Assembly (NCBI GenBank): GCA_951406725.2
Contig: OX597817.1
Location: 124,434,001-124,498,000 of the forward strand
Length of the DNA stretch: 64,000 bases
Direction of reading: 5' to 3'
Source of the DNA: Octopus vulgaris
Lineage: Eukaryota
Shown here: positions 52,626 through 64,000 of the stretch, piece after piece
How the letters are laid out: every line of letters begins with the position of its first letter
How positions within the stretch are numbered: position 1 is the first letter of the stretch
Program-made: the position numbers and the translations under genes
The notes under the pieces: model-generated
Database searches by the model: none
What the model was told of the DNA's origin: nothing
The model's input: only the letters and a program-made list of their open reading frames with translations

Positions 52626-53502
52626 GTCTACTTTAAGGCAGTGAGCTGGCAGAATTGTTAGCATGCCAGGCAAAATGCTTGGCAGCATTTCACCCACCTT
52701 CACATTCTGAGTTCAAATTCTGCTAAGGTGTCAATTGTGCCTTTCATCTTTTTGGGGTTGATAAAATAAGTACCAGCTAAGTATTAAGGTCGATGTAATT
52801 GACATACCCCATACCCTGAACTTGCTAGCCTTGTGCCAAAATTTGAAATGAATATTACTAATTTCCTTATGGTGGCAAGCTGACAGAATCATAAAGGTGG
52901 TGAGCTGGCAGAAACGTTAGCACGCTGGGCGAAATGCGTAGCCGTATTTTGTTTGCCGTTACGTTCTGAGTTCAAATTCCACCAAGGTCGACTTTGCCTT
53001 TCATCCTTTCGTGGTCAATTAAATAAGTACCAGTTACGTACTGGGGTCGATGTAATCGACTTAATCCGTGTGTCTGTCCTTGTTTGTTCTCTCTATGTTT
53101 AGCCCCTTGTGGGTAGTAAAGAAATAGGTATTTCATCTGCAGTTACGTTCTGAGTTCAAATTCCGATGAGGTCAACTCTGCCTTTCATCCTTTCAGGGTC
53201 GATAAATTAAGTACCAGTTATGCACTGGGGTCGATATAATCGACTTAATCCGTCTGTTTGTCCTTGTTTGTCCCCTCTGTGTGTAGCCTCTTGTGGGCAG
53301 TAAAGAAATAAAAATCCTTAACCTGCCAGGTGAAATGCTTAGCAGCATTTTGTCTATCTTCACATTCCTAGTTCAAATTTTGCTGAGGTCAACTTTGCAG
53401 TTCATCTTCTGTGGTTCATAAGTACTATTTGAACAATGGGGTCAATGTAATCAACTTACTCCCTACCCTGAAATTACCAGCCTTGTGCCAAAATGTAAAA
53501 CC
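52626..53502 (+). mobile_element. Nested/tandem cluster of four SINE B units
   Basis: aatattacta at 52616, 52851 and 53503. A young tail-1 dimer at 52896-53311 interrupts an older tail-2 copy. Confidence 0.87.
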
Positions 53503-53559
53503 AATATTACTAATCAACTCTCGAAGGTTACTATAATTTCTGTTTTTCTATATTTTTGT

Positions 53560-53812
53560 GTGTTGTGTTCTTGAGCAACGCACTTTATTTCATGTCACTT
53601 CAGTTCATTCATCTCTAGAAGTGAGTTGTGACATCACTGGTGCCAAGCCGTATCGGCCTTTTCCCTTCCCTTGGATAACATCAGTGGCATGGAGAGGGGT
53701 GGCTGGTAAGCATGGGTGACTGTTGGTCTTCCATAAACAACCTTGTCCTGACTTGCACATTGGAGGGGGACTTTTTAGGTGCAGTCATTCGTGACTAAAG
53801 GGGGTCTCTACT
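53560..53812 (+). mobile_element. SINE family D body (CORE-like gtgttcttgagcaa.gcactttatttca)
   Basis: Related minus-strand copy at about 41042-41165. Confidence 0.65.
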
Positions 53813-55338
53813 CTTTTTATATTTTTGTATTGCTATCATACTTAGCTTCTCAAGTCTCCTCTAGCTTGGCTAATTACTTCCCTATTATGCAGTATGCATC
53901 TGTAGCTAGAGCACATCCAAATTTTTATTTCAAGTTCCTATTATCCTTGGTGTGTTGCAGGTGGCTATAATTTCACTACATTTTCACTATGGTTCTATAG
54001 TGTCCTAACTGGATTGATTATTATTGGTAATTCAGCACTACCATATTATCTAAATACTTACATAACATGAAGCTGTATTGGTTCAAGAATAAAATATATG
54101 TAGTATTATTTATAAAACTCATGTTGTGTGTTATCTGTGAAGTTGCAAGTTTCCAAAAGGCATGTGAACAAACCAGTTTTGAGCACCAATTAAATAATTT
54201 CTGGTTATTTCATCAGCAGTAAATTAGCCAAACAGTTTCTACTCACATACAAATTCATCCCTTACAATTAATAACCAGGAAAACTTGTAAGGGTATGTTA
54301 AAGAAATTGCTAAATTAAAGAGAAATTTATAAATAAATTAATGCTTAAATGAAACAAATTTAATACCAAATTGAAATTTAATTCATAAATTCCCAAATTC
54401 ATAATTAGAAAACCACCTAGTAACAAAATAAGGTTATGAAAATTAGTAAACTGAACTCAAATTTAAAACGAATTTAATATTTACAAATTTAATATTAATA
54501 AATTTAATTTCAAATTGAAATGTGAAAGAAATTTAACACACAACTGTAGTTTCATAGCTAGAAAATTTGATACCTGCAGAACTGTTAGAAAAGAGCATAC
54601 TAAGCAGAAATTTGAAATAAATTTAATATTAACTGTAGTTAAGTAGTTAATAAGTTAAGCTAATTAGCTAGTAAGTTAATGAAGACATACTTTTTAAGAG
54701 ATAATCATCAATATCAACATCATTAAAATTAAAATACACGTAGCAAGGTGAACTGGGGATCATTTTCTGGCACTTTACTCAATTCCGATATATTATATTA
54801 TTACTAAATTAGTCTTTGTAAAAGAACTGGCCATTATACATTAATTGGTTTTCTTTTTTCTACTAAATAAGACTTAATGGGGTTGTAAACATTTATATTA
54901 TCAACATAGCAAACATTGGCAAACACTGTGTTAAAGAAAAACAAATGTTAAGAGACCTGAATAATTCAAGTTTATAAGTCTCAAAGTTGTCCCTGATGGT
55001 CAAATAGTGATACTGCATAAAAGTTATCTTGTTTATAATTCATGTTAACAATTAACTTACATTTGGTACTAATATTACATAACTAAGGTGGGATGAATTT
55101 TCTATGACTACAAACAGTTGGGAATGAAATACTTGTTATCCATTTAAAGCTCTGGAGCTGGTTTAAATTCCTAGAGCTTATGAAAAAAACATGATTTTTT
55201 TTTTGTTTTATGAATCTAAAACCTTGTAAATGCATTTGTGAATCTGGTGGGGGAAATCTAAAAGAAGCCCATCGCACCCACAGGCACATATACACATATA
55301 TCTGAAGATAAGTGCATGTATATATACATTTCTATGTA

Positions 55339-56030
55339 GAATAACGAGTAAATAAATGGGTTAATTATCCCCTTATAAACCACAAGTAATTAGCACTCTG
55401 GTAGAGCCTCAGGAATTATAAAACCAAGAAAGAGAGAAAAAGTTTCAAAGGTCAGTGTTCATATTCACTCAATATATTTCAAAACACCAGAATATGCTAC
55501 AGCATACATAGGTGCATTCATAAACACAAGATATAAAATAAAAATTTATAAATATATAAATATGTGAATACATAAATGTACATGTGAGATTATATGTCCG
55601 TATTAAAATCAATGTGGATTATTAAAACATGCGGATGGTGAATGTATAGCAGTAATTGAAATAGATGAGAATGTTGGTATAAATGATTTTAAATGGAATC
55701 TTGAACAGGTGCAAAGTCTGACAGCTGTTTCGAGAAGATATAGGTTGGTATGAGTGAGTTAATTCCAACCATAACAATCATATCTATTTCTCTCATCAGA
55801 GTTGATCTAAAGGATTTATAAAAGAGTTACTTAAATCTTAAAGTTTTAAGGAGCATGAGAAATTTAAGAATTTTTAGAAATCAAATGCTGTGTGGGAACA
55901 TACTTTTCAGGCGAATGATATAATAAGAGCTAAAATTATGTTTAAATAGATTATGAATCTATGGATAATAGTGTTTTAAGAGGAATCTAAATACACAAAG
56001 GGTAACTAGGTTAAAATCATATAAATTACT
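55339..56030 (-). mobile_element. About 690-bp PLE-type insertion with hammerhead and 12-bp flanking direct repeat
   Basis: catttctatgta at 55327-55338 and 56031-56042; abuts (AT)n. Confidence 0.65.
55717..55802 (-). ncRNA. Type I hammerhead ribozyme candidate with long stem II and palindromic stem III
   Basis: cu CUGAUGA gagaa..gauaug..gguugg/ccaacc.uauauc.uucuc GAAA cagcug UC^ag. The core is perfect but stem I is only 2 bp in this copy. Confidence 0.75.
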
Positions 56031-56049
56031 CATTTCTATGTATATATGC

Positions 56050-56104
<55 letters not shown>

Positions 56105-56371
56105 TAGATAGATAGATATATACATATACACATATATGTCATTGTTCAGTTTTATTTCATGATTTCTTGCCAATAGGGAAAGAGCTGGTTTCTAGCCTAG
56201 ATCCAAGGCTCCTTCATTGGAATTTTAACATTAACAACAGGGTACTTTTGTATGTATACGTCCAAATTTGTATGTTTTGCTTTATGTATGTCTTCCCATG
56301 CATATACTTGCATATCTAGACATACACATATATACTTTATGTATGTATGTATGTATGTATGTATGTATGTA

Positions 56372-57638
56372 CAGGGGTTGGACAAAATAATGGAAACACC
56401 TTAAAATTTCAAACAAATTTATTTTCATATGGGGTAGGACCACCTTTGGCAGTAATTACAGCTTGAATTCTATGAGGTATGGACATGTATAAAGTTTGAA
56501 TTGTTTCCAAAGGAATTTTTGTCCTTTCTTCAGCTAAAACAGTCTCCAGTTCTTGTAGTGATGATGGTAGTGGATATAGACTCCTTACTTGTTTTTCTAA
56601 AATGCACCCTAAATGTTCAATAATATTGAGATCTGGGGACTGTGGTGGCCAGGTAAGATATTCAACTTCACTAGAATGTTCCTCATGCCATTCAGTAACA
56701 ACTTTAGCTATATGAATTCGTGCATTATCATCCTGAAAGATTGCATTTCCCTCCAGAAGCAGTTCTGCAACCATAGGATGAATTTGATCAGATAAAATGC
56801 TTAAATAGTTTTGACTATTAATTCTGCCATGAAGGGAAACCATTGGGCCAGCAGATTTCCAAGATATAGACCCCACCCCAGATCATTATGGATCCTCCTC
56901 CGTGTTTAACAGTTGGAAGAAGGCAATCTCAGTCAAATGCTTCTTTTGGCTGTCTCCACACGTATACTTGGCCGGTGGTCGGAAATAAGGCAAAGGATGA
57001 CTCATTTGAGCAAATAACATTTTTCCACTGCTCTAGAGACCAATTCAGTAGGTTTTTACTCCACTCTAAACGATTTGCAATATTTGTTTTTGAAAGTAGT
57101 AGTTTTCTGATTGCAGCCCTCCCATGAAATCTGGCTTTGTACAGTTCCTGGCTAACAGTTTTTGTAGAAACTGTGTTCTTGAGGTGGTCATTAAGATCTG
57201 CAGCAATTTTGGAAGCTGTACTTTTGTGATCCTTTCTAACAATTCGTGTAAGAATCCGAGGGTCCCTAGCTGAAAGTTTTGGTTTTCTTCTGGAGTTTTG
57301 TTTCAATGAGGAAGTTTTTCCCTCTTTCTCAAAGGCTGTCATTACTTTTGAGATAGTACTTCTTGATACACCAAACATTTTCCTTACACTAGCACCTTCC
57401 ATACGTGCACCAACAATATGACCTTTATGAAAGTCCAATAGATCTATCATTTTAATGAATTTTAATTACCTTTTTATGACAATATCTGAAAAATAAACCC
57501 AGCAATTTTAGCAATACATATTAAGCAGCACTAATAAGAAAAAAACATAAAAATAAACAAGCATTTGACGGTTTTATAGATATTTCAAAATTATGATGCT
57601 ATGATGCTAAGTGTTTCCATTATTTTGTCCAACACTTG
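56372..57638 (-). mobile_element. Tc1 (DD34E) transposon, about 1.27 kb, in a (TATG)n tract
   Basis: TA-flanked TIRs caggggttggacaaaataatggaaacac / gtgtttccattattttgtccaacacttg; transposase fragments inside. Confidence 0.95.
56409..57450 (-). pseudogene. Tc1 transposase, broken into two ORFs
   Basis: ORFs 56929-57450 (HTH, ICSNES) and 56409-56876 (FQDDNARIH, WPPQSPDLNIIEH, KGGPTPY). Confidence 0.93.
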
Positions 57639-57828
57639 TATGTATGTATGCAAAAGTGTCATCACACAAAACTCTCATACTTTGCATCACTTTGTTGCTT
57701 CTGTGAAATGTTAACAATATATATTCACATATTTTGAATTCTATTTTTCCTGTTTCATCACCATACCTATATCTATTTTTGTGTGTGTGCGTGCGTGTGT
57801 GTGTGTGTGTGTGTGTTTGTTTGTGTGT

Positions 57829-58068
57829 ATCATCATCATCATCATCATCATCGTTTAACGTCCGCTTTTCATGCTAGCAAGGTTTGGACGATTTTGACTG
57901 AGGGCTGGCGAGCCAGATGGCTGCACCAGGCTCCAGTCTTGATCTGGCAGAGTTTCTACAGCTGGATGCCCTTCCTAACGCCAACCACTCCGAGAGTGTA
58001 GTGGGTGCTTTTTACGTCCCACCAGTACGGGGGCCAGTCAGGCGGTACTGGCAATGACTTCGTGTGAA
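57829..58068 (-). mobile_element. Repeat family C
   Basis: Reverse complement of 17440-17699. Confidence 0.87.
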
Positions 58069-58199
58069 TCTTTTTACACAAAGGAACACAGAAAGAAACA
58101 AAGAGAAAAAAAATGTGTGTAGTGACTACCGATCTATCATGGCGACTCATATATCATCATCAGCAGCAGCATCCTGCTTGCTAGGTGAGCAGGCCAATA

Positions 58200-58365
58200 T
58201 TTTCCACCTGATCGTAAGGCTAGTAGTCGCTCGCAGTTTTACCCATTTGCAGCTGAGTAGACTGGAGCAATGTGAAATGAAGCGTTTTGCTCAAGAAAAC
58301 AATGCCCCTCTCGGTCCAGGAAGTGAACCCAGAATCACTAGATTGTGAGTGCAACACCCTGACTA
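58200..58365 (-). mobile_element. tRNA-derived SINE with CORE/Meta-like domain
   Basis: Minus strand gggttcacttcctggacc...ttcttgagcaaaacgcttcatttcacattgctccagtctactcagctgcaaatgggta. Confidence 0.65.
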
Positions 58366-58629
58366 GATCCCACACACACACACACACTGATTCAATATCA
58401 CTTCTTTATTATTCATCAATTGGTTAAATATCTAACCAACTAAGTAATCAATTGTCTGTTCAATGTGCTGGTTAAACAACCAATCAGTTGTTTGTTAGTC
58501 AAAGAACTTTCATTGCTATTCATGACCTATTCAATGACTTGCTGAGGTTAACTCTGCCTTTATTCATTTCAGGGTCAATCAATTAAGTACTAGTTGGTCA
58601 ATGGCATTGATGTAATTGACTAGATCACT

Positions 58630-58845
58630 GAGGCAGTGAGCTGACAGAATTGTTAGCATGCTGGACAAAATGCTTAGTGGTATTTTGCCCGTTGCTATGT
58701 TTTAAATTCAAATTCCACTGAGGTTGACTTTACCATTCATCCTTTTGGGGTCGATAAAATCAGTACCAGTTATCCACTGGGGTTGAGGTAATTGACTTAT
58801 CCTCTCCCCCAAAATTGCTGCTTTCGTGACAAAATTTGAAACCAT
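58630..58845 (+). mobile_element. SINE family B (tail type 2), preceded by a partial copy at 58535-58625
   Basis: ggcagtgagctgacagaattgttagc...ttcaaattcc...ggggtcgataaaat..aaaatttgaaacc. Confidence 0.87.
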
Positions 58846-59464
58846 TATTGTTATTATTATTATTATTATTATTGTTGTTGTTGTTGTTATTATTATTATT
58901 ATTATTATTACTGAAGGAGAGAGCAACACGTGCCATCAAAATGACACTTGAGTACAAATATATGAAGCCTAGTATATCCATCATGACTATTCATCTGATG
59001 AGGGTACACCAGGCACATGCATCACAACCATATGTGTGCAATACGGTGATCCCATTTCAAGATAAACTGTGCATGACCTTGCAGATGGGGCCCAGTTAGA
59101 ATTTTATTTCGATCTAGTAGCCCATACCACTCAGCAAGTCCCTGAACAAGGGATGTTTAAAGATGATGAATGACACACCCATATTTTCAGAGGTGAATAA
59201 TTCAAACTCCAAAGACTCCTTCTCAACATATAGCTATGATGCTCCCCCAGTGCTTCTGGTTGTAATCAGAGATGCACATATCATTAGCCACTAAAGGAAA
59301 TGCTTAAGTGGGTAAGGTCAAGCAACTAACAAATCTATGGCATTGAGCAGAATATATGCTGTAGCCCATCTTTCACACCAAGACAAAGCATATACATGAT
59401 AACACTTCCATTCAGTTATGGTCAAAAGCCATGAGAGCCATTGCCTGGTACTGCATCAGGACAT
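58843..59464 (-). mobile_element. About 550-bp probable non-autonomous retroelement with (AAT/AAC)n tail
   Basis: GC-richer block ending, on the minus strand, in a trinucleotide tail. Single copy in the window and no ORF, so tentative. Confidence 0.4.
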
Positions 59465-59496
59465 CTTCATCACCATTATCAACCTCAGCAGCAGCA

Positions 59497-59706
59497 GCCG
59501 CTCAAGAATTTGGACCTGGAGATCTCCATTTCCAGAAACTTCGAGGGCCACCTCCCAGTGGTGTCAGGCATCAATGAAGAGTCCTCAATTACAACAAGAC
59601 GACCAAAGTTTTTTTTTTCTCCAAGGTCTGGGGTCTCCCGCCCCTAAGCCCTAGACCATCACCTAATCACCCTTACTCATCTTGTTGCTTAACAACAACA
59701 ACAACA
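59497..59706 (+). mobile_element. GC-rich short repeat family E, copy 2
   Basis: Matches the reverse complement of 35604-35798. Confidence 0.85.
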
Positions 59707-60033
59707 GTAGCAGCAGCAGTGGCAGCAACAGCATTAATATTAATACTAGTAGTAGTGATGGTGGTGGTCCTGGTGCTGCTGGTGGTGGTGCTGCTGGTGG
59801 TGGTGGTGGTGCTGGTGGTGGTAGTAATAGTATTAGTAGTAGTAGTAGTAGTGGTCCTGAATCCCTTTGGGATGTTACTATATTTTGAAATAATTTCAAA
59901 GAGATGCTTTATTTTAGATTTTACATTAAAACTTAAATCTGAGCATGACTACTACTTCTGCTCAGTTCACTCTCTATCCATTCCACTTATTTCAGAAGTA
60001 ATTTTGTTGCGCAGATGTTTTGGGCTAACATTC

Positions 60034-60036
<3 letters not shown>

Positions 60037-60126
<90 letters not shown>
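60037..60126. repeat. Perfect (AT)n microsatellite
   Basis: Directly visible. Confidence 0.98.
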
Positions 60127-60128
<2 letters not shown>

Positions 60129-60871
60129 CAACATCGGATCTCAAAGCACATCGCATAAAACAATAAATAATAAATAATCATGTATAAATATTGTGTTGAA
60201 AAACCATATATATATATATATAAACTATAAAATTCATGAGATACGAGAGAATATAAATTTATTTAACCACATGATATCCTTGGGATCACAGGCATTTTGT
60301 AATCTTCTTCATGTCGTATTAATTGCAGTGTGGGAGAAATTATTCTCACATGTTTGCGTAAACACGCATGCTTGCCATTTTACAATGCTATTGTAAATTC
60401 ACAAATCAGTGCAAATAAAGAAAATTCTATTTCTATGGCTTAGTGAATATACAATTGTATTCTGTAATGCCAAGCATGCATATTAATACAAACATGTAAG
60501 CACAATTTCTTCCGCACTGAAATGAATACAACATGATGAAGGTTGTGAAATGGCTGTATTCTTCAGAATGTGAAGAGGTTAAATAAATAGATATTCACTT
60601 TCCATGCCTTCTGATGTTTATAGTTAATATTCTCCTCAAGAAATAATTTTGTTAATTGAATCTTCTTGATTTCAGCTGCATGGATACTCTACATAATGTA
60701 TCCTGGTATTAAATTTCTTTGTGGACTGTTAGCCATGCCCATAGAAGCAGCTTTCTCTTATAGCTACTTGATTCTCTGAATCCATATCTAATACTACTCA
60801 TACACACACACACATGTATGCATATATATATATATACGTATGTGTGTGTATATGTATGCATATATATGTGC

Positions 60872-60932
<61 letters not shown>

Positions 60933-60936
60933 GACA

Positions 60937-61072
60937 TGGCTGTGTGGTAAGAAGCTTGCTTCCTAACCACATGCATCTGGGTGATACCTGGGCAAGTATC
61001 TTCTATAGCCTAAGGCCAACCAAATCCCTGTGAGTGGATTTGGAAGACGGAAACTGAAAGAAGTCCATCATA
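60937..61072 (+). mobile_element. SINE family A head half
   Basis: atggctgtgtggtaagaagcttgc...ggaaactgaaagaag. Confidence 0.82.
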
Positions 61073-61131
61073 TATGTGTATATATATATATATATAGATA
61101 TTTGTATGTGTATGTGTATATGTAAATGTTT

Positions 61132-61186
<55 letters not shown>

Positions 61187-61230
61187 CTTATACATGCGCG
61201 CACACACACACAAACACACATATATATATA

Positions 61231-61334
61231 TATGGTCTGATCAATAAGAATTTTGGACTGTTGCCATAGTAACAAAGCTAAAGTACACTAAGTAAAGCCA
61301 CTTGGTGCAAATTGACTTCGAACTCTGCTGTGCA
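61231..61334 (+). mobile_element. Possible mariner terminal fragment
   Basis: ta tggtctgatcaataagaattttggactg resembles mariner TIRs; no partner TIR found. Confidence 0.4.
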
Positions 61335-62679
61335 TGTTTCAGTCGCCAGACTGTAGCTATGCTGGAGCACTGCCTTAATTTTGTTTTTAGTTTTGTTGCC
61401 GCTTTATGATTGAAAGCTGGTCAATGACTGAGTTTGTAGTTGCTGATCTTCCCTGAGTGTATCCTTGAATGATTGGTTGATCTGGTATCATCGTTAAGAA
61501 TTCATCCAATGCTTTTTTGAAAGTTTCTGTCGAGGTCACTTTTATATTTCTAATCTCTTTGGTTAAGCAGTTGGATACTTGAGGACCTCTGAATATTAGA
61601 CTGGTACAGTAGAGTCTTTTTACTCATGTGTTTGAAGATGGTATATTTGGAAGCTGACAGTACCTACCAGTCTGAGCATTAAAATTCACTTTAATGCCGA
61701 TGTTTGGAACATGCCCCTCCAGATCTTTCATATGTATATAATAGTTTATCTCGTGCTTTAGCCTTCAAGGGAGTAGAGACACTGAGCTTTCAGGTGTTCC
61801 CAGTAATTAAGACCATTAGCTGAAGTTAATTTACTTGTGAATGACCTTTGTAACCCATCAATTTTTTCTATGAGTCCAGGAGAATTTGGAGACCAAAGCT
61901 GTGAGCAGTAATCTAATCTGCTCAGAACTAAGGTTTTCCATAGAGTTAGAATAACTACTGGTTTTCTTATCATGAAGGTTTGTAGAATCCATCTTATGAG
62001 ATGTCTGCATTTAGAGGTCAGTTTGGTGATGTGACTGATGAAAGATGCATCATTTAACATGATTATTCCTAACTCCTGTATGTCATCAGTGCTTTGAATC
62101 ATTGTATTATCTGGTGCCAAATTTTGGGATTTGAGTCTATTCCCTCCATAATGAAAGGCCTGAAATTTTGATGTATTAAATTTCATATTAATTTTATCCG
62201 CCTATTGATAAATAATGTTTAGGTCATTTTGGAGTTTGATGGTATCTTCTAGAGTTTGAACAGCCATAGATATTTTTGTGTCATCAGTGTAACTAATTAG
62301 GTTGGCCGATTGTACCTGTGAGTTTATGCTTGATAGGGTTATGATAAATAATAAAGATTGTAGAACCGAATCCTGAGGTATACCACTTATTCTGGGTGAT
62401 TCTGCTGAGAGATAACCATTTGCAGCAACAGATTGGTTCCTATCCCTTAGAAAGTCAAAGAGCCATTCTCTGCATTTTCATATGATACTAAGATCCCTTA
62501 TCCTATGACAGAAGATTCCATTATTAATCTTGTCAATGCTTTAGCAAAAGTGAGGTAGATGCAGTCAGTGTCCTTTCCATTCAGGAGATTATTGAGGATA
62601 GTGTTATGGTGTTGTAATAGTTGTGTCAGGCAACCTCATCCAGTCCAAAACCCATGCTGTGTATTTTCTAAGAGGTTGT
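61335..62679 (-). pseudogene. CR1-group LINE, 5'-truncated RT plus short 3' UTR
   Basis: QHGF, CLTQL, SGIPQDSVL, YTDDTKI; ORF 61758-62186 (KFN..K, LGI, LVLSRLDYCSQLWSP, LQRSFT); C-terminus PDQP...NSVIDQ, stop at about 61387. Confidence 0.9.
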
Positions 62680-62696
62680 TATATATATATATATAT

Positions 62697-64000
62697 CACT
62701 ACCTGAATTACCTGAACTAGAGAAGTCACTGGTATGGAAGCAAGGTCTAGAATCGAAGGGCCTTAGAGTTAACCTAAGAAAAACCAAAGTCATAGTAAGT
62801 AGGAAGGCAGAGAAATCACAAATCCCTTCAGGTAGATGGTCCTACTCAATCTGTAGAAAAGTACTGGTAGAAACTCCATAAGATGGGCTCAGTGTAAGCT
62901 TTGGACATATCAAAGTTGCAGCAACATCAGAGGAATGTTAACAGAGAAACTAACTTTTGTATGTGGAAGGTTCACAGGTACAATACATGCTGAAAATGTG
63001 CAGAAAAAAGACTCCATCAACTGCCAGCAGGGCAAGCTAGAGGTAGTAGATAGCTTCCATTATCTAGGTGACCAAGTTAGTAGTGGAGGTGGATGCTCTG
63101 AGAGCGTAGCTGTGAGAATAAGGATAGGCTATGCAAAGTTCAGAAAGCTCCTACCCCTGCTGGCAACAAAGGGTCTCTCTCAAAGTGAAAGGCAGATTGT
63201 TTGATGTCTGTGTGTGAACAGCTATGCGTGGACATGTGTAGGCTTGAAAGGAATGAAACCAGTATGCTTTGCTGGATGTGCAATGTCAGTGTGCATGTTC
63301 GACAGTGAGTAAGCATCTTGAAAGAAAAGTTAGGCATAAGAGGCATCAGATGTGGCGTGCAAGAGAGATGACTGTATTGGTATGGTCATGTGATGCGTAT
63401 GGATGGGGACAGCCATGTAAAGATGTGCTGATGTCTGTTCAGGGAACCTGTGGTAGAGGTAGACCCAGGAAGAGAGAGGACGAGGTGGTGAAGCATGATC
63501 TTCAAACTTTGAGCCTCACAGAGGCAATGACTGGTGACTGAAACCTTTGGCGATTTGCTGTGCTTGAGAGAACCCATAAAGTCAAGTGCACCCGTGCTGG
63601 GGGTATGTAAAGAACATCTTTTGAACATTAGGCCTCATGGAAGCTAAGTGGCTGAGTTCCTCTTGAGCATTTGGCCTGACGGAAGCAAAGTGGCTGAGCT
63701 TCTTTCAAGTACTAGGCCACACGGTGGCAAAGTGGCTGAGTACCTTTTGAGTGTAGGGCCTCACAGGCAAGGTAGCTGTTCGTTTCAAGTGTTGGGCCTC
63801 ATGGAGGTAAAGTGGCTGAGTTTCTTTCGAGTGTTAGGCCTCACGGGGGCAATGGCAAAGACCTTTGTTATGTTGTACTTGAGAAGAAGACCCATCAAGC
63901 CAAGCAAAATTGCTGTTGTGACAGATACCTTTGTCATGCAAATTAGCACCCATGCTGGTAGCATATAAACGCACCCCAGTGTCACGTAAAAACACCCATT
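62697..64000 (+). mobile_element. RTE-clade LINE, 5'-truncated, degraded ORF end plus 3' region running off the window
   Basis: WKQGLESKGLRVNLRKTKV, LEVVDSFHYLGD, RIRIG..KFR.LLP, WYGHVMR, GRGRPRK. Confidence 0.9.
63617..63856 (+). repeat. About 42-bp tandem repeat, about 6 units, in the RTE 3' region
   Basis: aagtggctgag recurring near 63646, 63688, 63730 and 63810. Confidence 0.88.

Noticed and set aside
54300-54680. AAATTT-rich quasi-repeat
   Set aside because: No stable period; best explained as low-complexity AT-rich DNA.
58995-59030. CTGATGAG hammerhead-like start
   Set aside because: No GAAA after the short hairpin and no stem I/III.
59682-59899. Gly/Ser-rich or Pro-rich ORFs (also 24880-25113)
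   Set aside because: Compound trinucleotide microsatellite grown from a retroelement tail.
63617-63856. CRISPR-like array (also considered for the 27-bp and 104-bp repeats)
   Set aside because: Eukaryotic context, units similar along their length without unique spacers, and no cas genes.

Overview
Eukaryotic, AT-rich, repeat-dominated DNA with no securely identifiable host protein-coding gene. The SINE families and microsatellite load look like an octopus (coleoid cephalopod) genome; this is an inference from remembered repeat families, not a database match. Almost all ORF-track entries are microsatellite or SINE artefacts. Recognisable content: several tRNA-derived SINE families, two mariner copies, a near full-length Tc1, pogo and maT-like fragments, MITE-like foldbacks, CR1, RTE and RLE-type LINE fragments, and a Penelope-like element (PLE) with RT, GIY-YIG and an inverted pseudo-LTR. 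The main unexplained signal is a set of short, mutually dissimilar insertions beside or inside (AT)n tracts, often with inverted-repeat arms. Five carry hammerhead ribozyme cores (6243-6357, 11264-11352, 14017-14118, 25842-25882, 55717-55802), several with unusually long stem II, and there are further broken copies. Other points of interest are shared SINE/LINE 3' ends that suggest partner LINEs, a 306-bp templated local duplication with a stuttered junction, and serial same-site SINE insertions. All RNA folds, alignments and translations outside the ORF track were done by eye.
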